Position numbers and translations under genes: made by a program. Below are positions 1-8,265 of a DNA stretch of 47,870 bases, one piece after another. Every line of letters starts with the position of its first letter. Positions within the stretch are counted from its first letter, which is position 1. The notes under the pieces are model-generated. The model did not search any database. It was not told the DNA's origin and saw nothing but the letters and a program-made list of their open reading frames with translations. Origin of the DNA: a bacterium (GTDB lineage: Bacteria > Desulfobacterota > Anaeroferrophillalia > Anaeroferrophillales > Tharpellaceae); the NCBI GenBank assembly GCA_029932385.1, contig JAOZQE010000004.1:1-47870 (forward strand), in the 5' to 3' direction.

Positions 1-1249
1 CCTCCCCATAAGTAAAACAACTGTCATAGACACGATGTTCCGAGAAAACCTGCACGACGGCCGTTGTCCCGGTACCGGTAATGGTCAAGTCGTACGGATT
101 TTCATCACTATCATTATTGGCTATTGCGATAGTCGCCGTCTTGGCTCCTGTTGATGTGGGCGAGAATCTGATCGTAAATGTAGTGCTGCTACTTCCGGTC
201 ACGGGTGATATGGGTTGAGTTTGCACGCTGAATTGACTGGAGTCAGCTCCTGTTATTGCAATTATTGGAGTACCTGAAAGCGCAAGATCCGCAGTTCCAG
301 TATTTTCAATGGTAAAGATTAAGTCGGTATCAGTGCCGGTTGCTTGACTTCCAAAGTCATGGCTGCCTCCGTCAGCTATGTTTATCGTATTTTGCTTGAG
401 GTTGATTTCCGGAGCCAGAGTGGTAAATGTTACATTCGTGCCATATGAGGTTCCGGCGCTGTTGGTTGCATAGGCCCGGACATTGTAAAGAGTGCCTGGG
501 GTTAACCCAGTCATAGAGGAAGTAAAAGATCCGGTGGCACTAACCGCACCGTCAGTAGTTTTGAAATCATTAATATCATCGACGGTTGGATCCGTAGATG
601 TACTCCAACATATCCCATGTTGAGTTGGGTTGGAAGATCCGAGCGCCGTGATGTTGCCGTTACCAGTGGCCGTCGTGCTAGCGACAGCAGTTGCAGCCTG
701 AGTCGCGACGGATGGGGCTACAGCTAGGATCTCCACAGTTGCCGATCTCAGTGCTAAGCCGTAAAGTATATGCCAGTCGTCCCAAAAGGAATTATAACCA
801 TTTGATGCTAGTGGGTTGTAATATTGCCCATTAAAAAACCCGGGAGAAGTTTCCCAGCGGTTCACTGACCAATATAAATCGGATACAAGGTTCAAGAATC
901 CCACCCCTCCCGAAGTTCTCAAACCTACTGTGTATTCTGCCTCAGATTCAGCCAGTCGCCAGTCACTTGTAAATGCGACTGTGACTCCTTCATCAAAAGT
1001 TAAATTCAGGGGGTTGACTGTGTTGAGATTGGCCGCCCAAATAACTTGTGTTGGTTGGGTGGCCTCAATAGCTGTATAGTCAAGCCAGATCACCGACGCT
1101 TCTTCATCCCACAAAAGAGGGTATGTCGGCCCATCCGGTCCGTCTACATCAAATTGAGCTGTGCCGATTGGTACCAAGGCTGCTGAGCCTGTTACAGTAA
1201 AAACAAATACGAGAGCCATCACGACTAAAATTGAGGTTAACTTTTTCAT
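1..1249 (-). CDS. Secreted multi-domain cell-surface (adhesin-like) protein, 5' part only; the gene continues beyond the window start
   Basis: Not in the ORF track because it runs off the edge. My hand translation of the minus strand from ATG at 1249 is open to position 1. GGGAGA RBS sits 6 nt upstream. N-terminus MKKLTSILVVMALVFVFTVTGSAA is a signal peptide. It is followed by a DUF1566-like segment (SDWRLAESE...YWSVN), an FN3-like module (GICWSTSTDPTVDD...LTPGTLYNVRAYATNSAGTSYG) and a choice-of-anchor-D-like module (FTIENTGTADLALSG...FSPTSTGAKTATIAIANNDSDENPYDLTITGTG). Confidence 0.8.
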   Translation of the reverse strand, partial: MKKLTSILVVMALVFVFTVTGSAALVPIGTAQFDVDGPDGPTYPLLWDEEASVIWLDYTAIEATQPTQVIWAANLNTVNPLNLTFDEGVTVAFTSDWRLAESEAEYTVGLRTSGGVGFLNLVSDLYWSVNRWETSPGFFNGQYYNPLASNGYNSFWDDWHILYGLALRSATVEILAVAPSVATQAATAVASTTATGNGNITALGSSNPTQHGICWSTSTDPTVDDINDFKTTDGAVSATGSFTSSMTGLTPGTLYNVRAYATNSAGTSYGTNVTFTTLAPEINLKQNTINIADGGSHDFGSQATGTDTDLIFTIENTGTADLALSGTPIIAITGADSSQFSVQTQPISPVTGSSSTTFTIRFSPTSTGAKTATIAIANNDSDENPYDLTITGTGTTAVVQVFSEHRVYDSCFTYGE

Positions 1250-1291
1250 GCTTATCTCCCATTTTTAAATTACGCACTGATTGCCAGCCAC

Positions 1292-1344
1292 AAAAAAGAC
1301 AGTCAAGCTGCTCTTCAATAAAGAGGCAACCCGGCTGTCTTTTA
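1292..1344 (-). terminator. Intrinsic terminator acting as the expression platform of the GEMM-I riboswitch
   Basis: AAAAGACAGCCGGGUUGCCUCUU pairs almost continuously with AAGAGCAGCUUGACUGUCUUUU around a UAUUG loop, and the stem runs into a U6 tract (1297-1292). The 5' arm is the 3' half of the aptamer, so the two folds are mutually exclusive. Confidence 0.65.
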
Positions 1345-1405
1345 GATTTTGGAGACAAGACCCGTGGCTTTCCGACCCCGTCTTTCGGCGGGTGAGGCTT
1401 TTTCA
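1325..1405 (-). promoter_or_regulatory. c-di-GMP-I (GEMM-I) class cyclic-dinucleotide riboswitch aptamer
   Basis: Minus-strand RNA reads AAAAAGCCUCACCCGCC-GAAA-GACGGGGUCGGAAAGCCACGGGUCUUGUCUCCAAAAUCUAAAAGACAGCCGGGUUGCC. It has a GAAA-capped P1 hairpin, a GGAAAGCC junction, a second hairpin UUGUCU/AGACAG with a CUAAA receptor-like loop, and a 3' AGCCGGGUUGCC tail. This matches the remembered GEMM-I consensus and Vc2 layout. Confidence 0.7.
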
Positions 1406-1621
1406 GCAAGTATTTCTATTGCGACATCGCAACATACCTTAAGCACAAACCATAATTAAAGGCAATACCTATTTTGCGATTTGCACCTAAAGAATAAATC
1501 ACAAGATAAGTGTGATATTCGTCAAAGATATCCACTGGCAATCTAAACTTTACTGACATTTTGCAAACTTGAGTTTCATCGTAAATACTTTAGGTCTGCC
1601 GGGTTGGAGAAGGTTGGTTCA

Positions 1622-3127
1622 TTATTTATTTGAATTTATAGAAGTGGGGGAAGGAAGCAGAGCGCTCATACACGCCCAGGATGTGTTAACAAAATCATAC
1701 AAACTCTCTTTAATTGGGTATTTGAATTGATTATGCATCGATATATGCCAAATATTGTAACGAATTACTTCTGCAAAAAATAAAATACCAAACATGGAGT
1801 TATTGACAGTGCCCTGATTAATTCCATTTTCATCTAAAAATCTATTTAACACTCCAACCTTTATTTCATTTTCCATAATCAACACTATCCGTTCCTGTTT
1901 ATAGTGATGAATTAACAGGTTTTCCACTAAAATAAAGGTGAGCAAGTCATGGCCAAGTGGTTTCATTGAAGCTTCTTCCCAATCGACAACATAATTTCTC
2001 TGATTATCAGAGCGAATGTTCCAACGGGTAAAATCTCCATGACTAAGGGCTAATGGCAGCATGATGGAACTATCAAAACTCAGAGCTATCTTTTCTAAAA
2101 CAGCTATAACGCCATCTCTGATTGCGGTAATTTTTTGATCAATATCGGAACAATTCAGTTCATGTAGAGATTCTACAAGAGAGTCAAAATATTTTTTTAA
2201 GGTGAGGCTATTATTGTCTTGAGTGGCTTTTATAAGTTCACCCAATCCGGCTAAAAGTGTGTCGGTAACCGACTGTAAAGGTTTACCACCTTCCAAATGT
2301 TTTGTTATCATTGTCCTGTCATAAAACAGTTCAGGTACCTGAACTTCGAGTAGTTCAGGTACTATTATTCTTGATAAAGATAGGGCTTTTAACTGTTTTA
2401 ATGTTTTTTTCTCGTTTTGAATGGCTTGTTTGATAAAGTCATTAAAACCGAATTTTGCATATGCAAATGGGTTGCTTTTATTGTCAATTAATTCTACAGT
2501 GAATTTCTGTAGAGGGCCAAATGAACCGGTATAGATGATGCCCGGTCTTATATTAGGTCCTATAGTTTGAAAAAAATTAACAAAAGAAATTTTATCATGA
2601 TAGGCAAAAATTATTCGGCAAGAGAAAAGGTGCTGGGATATGTTTAACGTTTTCAGCAATCTAAAAATGATTACTGCTATTTTGGCGATGATATTTACTG
2701 GTTTAATCAAGCGGGAAATTTTACCCGGCTTGAGTGAACGATTATGAGAGATACACCACCGTGGATTACTCCAACCGGGGAAGACTATGAACTCTTCTAT
2801 AAAAAAATTGCTGATTAGATTAATTTTTTTTATGATTGATGCAATAGAATCTCTGCAGTCTGTTATGTACACGGCTGCGTCGCAACCCAATTCATTGAGT
2901 TGTGATTGTGACAGAGGTAAGAATCCGTTTCCACGATGGTGATCTGAAACTACAGTCATCCCTGAACTTTTACATTGCTTAAATAAAGATTTCAGGACTG
3001 GAGCTTTAATTGTTTGTGAAAAAACTACAGCAATCTTTTCGGGAAAATGGGTAAGACATATAATCCAATTCAAACGAGAGTCACTAGTTGGAATTATTGA
3101 TACCGCTTTGACATTGTCTTCAGGCAC
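1622..3127 (-). CDS. Phosphotransferase (APH/choline-kinase-like) family protein with an unassigned N-terminal domain of about 190 aa
   Basis: The C-terminal half carries the kinase catalytic-loop motif LSHGDFTRWNI followed by VVDWEEA, plus an N-lobe-like segment (FAYAKFG). I recognise nothing in the N-terminal part. Confidence 0.6.
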   Translation of the reverse strand: MPEDNVKAVSIIPTSDSRLNWIICLTHFPEKIAVVFSQTIKAPVLKSLFKQCKSSGMTVVSDHHRGNGFLPLSQSQLNELGCDAAVYITDCRDSIASIIKKINLISNFFIEEFIVFPGWSNPRWCISHNRSLKPGKISRLIKPVNIIAKIAVIIFRLLKTLNISQHLFSCRIIFAYHDKISFVNFFQTIGPNIRPGIIYTGSFGPLQKFTVELIDNKSNPFAYAKFGFNDFIKQAIQNEKKTLKQLKALSLSRIIVPELLEVQVPELFYDRTMITKHLEGGKPLQSVTDTLLAGLGELIKATQDNNSLTLKKYFDSLVESLHELNCSDIDQKITAIRDGVIAVLEKIALSFDSSIMLPLALSHGDFTRWNIRSDNQRNYVVDWEEASMKPLGHDLLTFILVENLLIHHYKQERIVLIMENEIKVGVLNRFLDENGINQGTVNNSMFGILFFAEVIRYNIWHISMHNQFKYPIKESLYDFVNTSWACMSALLPSPTSINSNK

Positions 3128-4509
3128 TTATTAATAACCTCAGCTAAAACGTTTTCTCTGGACTGTTCACCATCAACTGAAATGAAGTTTTTGTGACGCT
3201 GGCATAGTCTCTTGTATTGTTCAGTTTGTTTCACTAATTCATCCAAAGGTAATTCAGGTTTTCTATCAATGAGAACTGCAGGCTTGACATTAAGGTAAAA
3301 AATTATATCCGGTTTTGGTACAAATAGACCTAGAAATTCTACCAACCATTGGGGTACGCATAAACCAAATCGTTCAGGAAAAACATACAAGTCTTCCCAA
3401 TAACGATCAAAGCAAACAACCCCACCCCTTGACCATGCTCCCTGATATTTAGCTCGGCCGAGACTATAGTCAACCCAATAGTAAAAAAGTTTAATACAAT
3501 GAATAATACGTAGACTCCAGCCAGTTTTACGTAGAGCCAATCTCTCGGCTGGTTCCTCATCGGCCGTTTTACCAGAGGTATTTTTTTTCCCCGGCAGGAG
3601 TGATTGTATCCGGGGTAATAAAAACGGTCTCCAGTAAAAAGTTTTAATTTTCCCTTTTGTAAAACCGTTCTTAAAAAATTGGTCTAAATTCGTTTGAATA
3701 GTTGTTTTCCCACAGCCATCTGGCCCGATAAAAGCAATAAACAAACCGGTTGGTTTTATTAATCGTTTAACATTGTAAATTAAGAAATAAAGCCATGATC
3801 TGAATTCGGCAAACCTGATTTTGCTAAGAGAGTGCAAGAAAAGATTGGCTTTGTCAGCCGCGAATATTCTTTCGAGAATATTCCAATGACCATTTCTTAC
3901 AGCGGAATTGATTTTCCGGGAAAAATTTGAGCCCCAACCTTCTTCGATTATTTCCCAGAAATTAGCGCATTTTGCCTCATCCCTAATACCGGCGTAGTAT
4001 TTGGGGGTTACTTTGCCAAAATGGGCCAATGGGTACATCAAATGCATCGCAGTCTCAACAGTTGTGTTTGCGATGTAGAAATTTTCATATCGTCTCCGGT
4101 TGTTTTTTATGGTTTCTGACCTGACCAGCGGCAAGATGGAAAACCATCGACATTCCTTTAAGATATCAAGATGAATGATTTCGTCGCAGCCTTTGCCACA
4201 TAAACAAATGAAGAGGTTAATTCCCGTTGCATTAGCGTTATTAAGGTATATGTCATAGAGAAGATCTGTACAAATTATTTTAATTAATTGTAAAACTACG
4301 GAAGGATTTTCCGCCCAGATATCAACATCATTGTCAGTATGGTACGGTAACTCCATGTAGTTTCCGCAAACACAATAAGCCTGACCACTTAATTCCAATT
4401 CTTTGAATAGTGGAATTAATAGTTTCGAAAGAGATGTCCGACTATTGTTGCAGTTGCTATTTTCAGGCTTCGGTAAAGCCATTCTTTTGGTTTCCATTTT
4501 CATGTACAA
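3094..4509 (-). CDS. P-loop (thymidylate-kinase-like) nucleotide kinase family protein with a possible nucleotidyltransferase-like N-terminal domain
   Basis: Walker A FIGPDGCGKTT, then CFDRYWED and KPDIIFYL segments typical of dTMP-kinase-like folds. The N-terminal CGNYMELPYHTDNDVDIW resembles a G-x...DxD nucleotidyltransferase motif, weakly. Its 3' end overlaps the next gene by 34 nt. Confidence 0.5.
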   Translation of the reverse strand: MYMKMETKRMALPKPENSNCNNSRTSLSKLLIPLFKELELSGQAYCVCGNYMELPYHTDNDVDIWAENPSVVLQLIKIICTDLLYDIYLNNANATGINLFICLCGKGCDEIIHLDILKECRWFSILPLVRSETIKNNRRRYENFYIANTTVETAMHLMYPLAHFGKVTPKYYAGIRDEAKCANFWEIIEEGWGSNFSRKINSAVRNGHWNILERIFAADKANLFLHSLSKIRFAEFRSWLYFLIYNVKRLIKPTGLFIAFIGPDGCGKTTIQTNLDQFFKNGFTKGKIKTFYWRPFLLPRIQSLLPGKKNTSGKTADEEPAERLALRKTGWSLRIIHCIKLFYYWVDYSLGRAKYQGAWSRGGVVCFDRYWEDLYVFPERFGLCVPQWLVEFLGLFVPKPDIIFYLNVKPAVLIDRKPELPLDELVKQTEQYKRLCQRHKNFISVDGEQSRENVLAEVINKCLKTMSKRYQ

Positions 4510-4622
4510 ATTTTCCGCTCAGAGTGGCTTTTTAAAGCGCTTGTTTTTAATTATGTTGAATATTGTTGTGTTTTAGGATTAAGGTGAACCCATCATTCAG
4601 ACAACTTTTTCTGGTTGCCAAA

Positions 4623-5891
4623 TTAGATAGAGCTGGGGTTGTAAGAGTTAAAATGATTTTTTTTACAACTAAACATTCCCATATCAAAAAAAACCAACAG
4701 AGCAATCTCGGTTCTCTGGAAAAGTGGAGTTGTTGCGGAAAGTAAGAGTAATACAGACAGGATTAATGGTCTGCTAATACGTTGTTGATTATATGGATCC
4801 TTTACTGTTTTGATAATAGAAAAATATATTAATAGTATCAACAGTGATCCGATCGCTCCATATTGACCTGTAATTTGTGCCCAATATGTATCGTTATAAA
4901 AAGACACTTCATCGTCAGACCTGAAACCCCATTTGTGATCCATTTCATATTTTGTGTAGATAGGGCTGTAATTTATCATTGATCCTTTCGAACAAAATGT
5001 TGCAGGCCCAGATCCTATCGGGAAATAGTCATATGCGATTTGAAAACTTTTGCTATATGCAAAGAGTCTTGGTTGTTTAAGCGTTGAGTATTCAACGACG
5101 GATCTTTTGAAAAGTGACGTTTGCAAGATAAATATTAAGGCAAAGAGAAGGACAACTATCTTTAATAATTTAATGATAAATGGATTTCGATATCTAAACT
5201 TCATAAAAAATAAGACAAAGGCAATACCTAATAAAACTTTTCTGTTTCCAGACATAAATATAAATATTGATGACGCAGCAAGCAGGAATATCGCCACCAG
5301 TTTCTGTTTGTCATAACAGTTGGTGGCATAGAAAAAAATAACAAGCCCATAAAGAGCAAATACCGACCTTAATGAAAAAATAGACTCAAACGAGTTGCCG
5401 TAAAAATTGAATAGATTATGTAGATCTCCAATCCCGTTCCAGTTATATTTAATTACAGAGTATAGCAAAATCAGAAGTGAAAAAATTGCCAAACTATATA
5501 TTGGTGGGAATTCTGAATCATATTCCGGGTAAGTATAAGAGAATAGATAACCTAAAAAAAAGTATATCAGCCATTTTAGAACACTGACAAACTCTTGGAT
5601 GATTATACCGGTTGAATTATATGATGTAAATGCCAAGAAAAAATAATATACTAAAAAAATCAAGAACAAAAAAAAGATTTTGTTCTTTTCTAAAAAAAGT
5701 GCCGTTAATCCAGCTTGTAATCTTAAAGGTTGTAAAATAAGAAACAGCATGATCAAAGAGAGTATTGAAATATCTACAAAACCATCTTGATAAACTAATA
5801 ACTTTTTCAACAAAATATTTAAGGCATATAAAAGAAAAATAGAGTGTAAATACAGAGATGATCTGCTGATTTTTAATTCAAAACGCTCCAT
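4623..5891 (-). CDS. O-antigen polymerase/ligase-like (Wzy-type) polytopic membrane protein
   Basis: 422 aa, very hydrophobic with about 10 or more predicted TM segments, and a larger loop with RSDDEVSFYNDTYW near the C-terminal third. It sits next to wzx. The call rests on topology and context, not on a motif. Confidence 0.55.
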   Translation of the reverse strand: MERFELKISRSSLYLHSIFLLYALNILLKKLLVYQDGFVDISILSLIMLFLILQPLRLQAGLTALFLEKNKIFFLFLIFLVYYFFLAFTSYNSTGIIIQEFVSVLKWLIYFFLGYLFSYTYPEYDSEFPPIYSLAIFSLLILLYSVIKYNWNGIGDLHNLFNFYGNSFESIFSLRSVFALYGLVIFFYATNCYDKQKLVAIFLLAASSIFIFMSGNRKVLLGIAFVLFFMKFRYRNPFIIKLLKIVVLLFALIFILQTSLFKRSVVEYSTLKQPRLFAYSKSFQIAYDYFPIGSGPATFCSKGSMINYSPIYTKYEMDHKWGFRSDDEVSFYNDTYWAQITGQYGAIGSLLILLIYFSIIKTVKDPYNQQRISRPLILSVLLLLSATTPLFQRTEIALLVFFDMGMFSCKKNHFNSYNPSSI

Positions 5892-5952
5892 TATTTTGGC
5901 CTTAGTCGTTGCTGTGTGCTTATGTTTTTATTAGCCCTTTCCCTCTCTCTAC

Positions 5953-7287
5953 TTAGTTTTTGGAAAAACCTGGTAGATGAAAGGTGTTAATACCATAACG
6001 TCGGTAAAAAAAGATTCCACCGGCAATATTCCACGAGATCAGGCTTAATGTACTGGCTGTAGCAGCTCCGTTAATCCCATATAGAGGTATCAGGAAATAG
6101 TTAAGTGCAACATTCAAAATTAATGACATAATCATAATATATTGCAAGGGTACCTGATTGTTGGTCATTTTAAGGATATTGCCAATTGATCCAGAAAAAG
6201 CAGGCATGAATTGTCCTACCAGCAATATTCGCAAAGCTAAAGTGCCGACGTAGAATTCACTGCCAAACATAGACATGACATAGGGGGCACAAATTCCGAT
6301 TAAAAATACAAAAGGGAAGGTTATATAAAAAAAAAGTCGTGAAGTGTGTTTGATAAATTGTAAAAGTCCTGGTAGATTACCCGCTTCATAAAATTCCGCA
6401 AATTTTCGTGTGGCAATTCCATTAAGAGCAAATGCTGGGATTATACTGAGACTGGCAACCTTTATGACTACATGGTACACTCCTACATCAGTTGTTGATT
6501 TCATCATTCCTATCATGATTATATCTATCCAGCCCAGAATTAATTGAACTGAACTTGCCAGCATTAGAGGTAACGAATTTTTTAAGAGTACGGTTAGAGG
6601 TAATGATGGTTGGCAGATAATTTTGGGGAAAGAAATTTCTTTCATGAAAGAAAAGTTTGCAAAAATTAAAGTCAACCATATTGCACTTACAAGAATAATT
6701 ATTGGTAGTAATGTGTTGTGAAAAAGGAATTGTGAGCCGAGTAACAGAATACAGCCCAATAGAAAAGTACTACTATGTGAAAAGAAAGCATATTTCATTA
6801 AGCAATTTACACCCCGTAAACTTTCATTGTTTAGATATAGAAGGGCAAGAGGTATAATGCCAAAAGCAGCAATCTTAAATATTTTCTCCAGATCTAAGTT
6901 TTCGAAAACTACTTCTGCCAGCCAGGGAGACAAACAGTAAACAATTACCGCAATACAAAGGCTAAATAAAAATACAAGAGAGTTACCTCTGAGATACAGA
7001 TGTTTTATTTTGCCGAGCTCATTTTTAGTCTTATAGCCTGACATGAAACGTACAAATGTGTAATCAATTCCCAGGCGTCCCACTGTGACGGATATCTGAA
7101 TTGCTGTAAAACCAAGTGAAAAGAGGCCCATAACATAGGCACCATATAATCTAGTGACAGAAAGTGTAAAAATATATTTACAGGCATAGCCTAAAAGAAG
7201 GAAAATAAAGATTCCTGCACTAACCGTGAAAAGTTCCTTGACGTTTACGAAAAAACTACGGTTTTTTGTGGTGAAAAGCGGCATCAT
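5953..7287 (-). CDS. wzx: Polysaccharide flippase, MOP/Wzx family
   Basis: 444 aa and about 12-14 TM segments. The N-terminal pattern (VSAGIFIFLLLGYACKYIF...RLYGAYVMGLFSLGFT) and overall architecture are typical of polysaccharide biosynthesis proteins (Wzx). Confidence 0.7.
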   Translation of the reverse strand: MMPLFTTKNRSFFVNVKELFTVSAGIFIFLLLGYACKYIFTLSVTRLYGAYVMGLFSLGFTAIQISVTVGRLGIDYTFVRFMSGYKTKNELGKIKHLYLRGNSLVFLFSLCIAVIVYCLSPWLAEVVFENLDLEKIFKIAAFGIIPLALLYLNNESLRGVNCLMKYAFFSHSSTFLLGCILLLGSQFLFHNTLLPIIILVSAIWLTLIFANFSFMKEISFPKIICQPSLPLTVLLKNSLPLMLASSVQLILGWIDIIMIGMMKSTTDVGVYHVVIKVASLSIIPAFALNGIATRKFAEFYEAGNLPGLLQFIKHTSRLFFYITFPFVFLIGICAPYVMSMFGSEFYVGTLALRILLVGQFMPAFSGSIGNILKMTNNQVPLQYIMIMSLILNVALNYFLIPLYGINGAATASTLSLISWNIAGGIFFYRRYGINTFHLPGFSKN

Positions 7288-8066
7288 GGATTAGTTTTTT
7301 TGTTGAAAGTTGATTGAGTTAATATTACCATTGAATTACCGCCTAAACTTAAACTGTTTATTTTTTGGCTGGCGGATGATAGTGCGGATCGTAAAGGTGC
7401 CATTACTTTAGAAATCAAGGTTCTGCAATTCGTAGGACATGAAAAATTATTTGTAAAGCTATAGCCCATAATTTCAAATCCATTGTGTTGTAAAAGCTTT
7501 AAGGCGTCATTGTAGGTGTAGTAATGGAGATGTCCCAGTTCCTTAAGTAGTAATTTTTTTTTGCCCAGTAAAATATTCCACAGATTATGTTCAAGAGGGA
7601 CACGGAATAGAGCGTAGTGGGTACGGTGAGATGCTTGTTGTAAAAAAGTCTCTGGCTCTAAGAGATGTTCTATTAGGTCAGCAACCACAAGGATATCATT
7701 GTCAGGAGGTAGATGATTTATATCTCCAACTATAAAATTTATGGTTCCACCAAATCGTTGTTTCGCATTTTCTACCGCAATTTGAGAGATGTCAATTCCA
7801 ACACCAGCACACTTAATTTTCCAATAGTTTTCTATTTTTTGAGCTAAACAGGAAACGACCCCGCCAAATCCACATCCGATTTCACAAAGATGGAATAGTT
7901 TGTCTCTATTGAAGTTCAAGTTATGTTTATGGTGCTCCAACAAGGTAAATAATTCATCAGCTTTACGTAAAGAATGTTCTTGGTGCCAACATGGATTATT
8001 CTCAATGTATCTGCCGTCATTATACATCTTCTCATGGCTGTTGAGATGATTTTTTTCACTTGTCAT
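7284..8066 (-). CDS. Class I SAM-dependent methyltransferase
   Basis: SAM-binding motif I LCEIGCGFGG, followed by GVGIDIS and VVADLIEHL motifs. ATGA overlap with wzx. Confidence 0.75.
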   Translation of the reverse strand: MTSEKNHLNSHEKMYNDGRYIENNPCWHQEHSLRKADELFTLLEHHKHNLNFNRDKLFHLCEIGCGFGGVVSCLAQKIENYWKIKCAGVGIDISQIAVENAKQRFGGTINFIVGDINHLPPDNDILVVADLIEHLLEPETFLQQASHRTHYALFRVPLEHNLWNILLGKKKLLLKELGHLHYYTYNDALKLLQHNGFEIMGYSFTNNFSCPTNCRTLISKVMAPLRSALSSASQKINSLSLGGNSMVILTQSTFNKKTNP

Positions 8067-8265
8067 TGTTACAAGCTCTCTTTACTGGGTGATATTGTCT
8101 GTTTAGAAAACGTAAACTTGGATGAAAATCCATTGTTTGGGAGCAAGCATTGTTTTTTTGTATTTCTGGAAGCTAGAGAAATAGCCATGAAAGTGTTACT
8201 AAATTGAATTCAGCCATTGCCATAAATCAAAAAGTCTACTCTCGGTTTTCAAGATATATCAATAA

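Noticed and set aside
1325-1405. Calling the GEMM-I element a 3'3'-cGAMP (GEMM-Ib) riboswitch because of the A-run preceding the conserved GC
   Set aside because: An ungapped alignment anchored on the GAAA tetraloop places a G at the Vc2 G20-equivalent position, and the A-run lies one position further 5'. Specificity cannot be decided by eye, so it is left as an open question.
1149-1409. Track ORF of 86 aa on the minus strand
   Set aside because: It lies in a different frame from the long open adhesin frame starting at 1249. It runs straight through the riboswitch and terminator structures and has low-complexity, Cys-rich, unrecognisable content. I treat it as a by-product of the structured leader.
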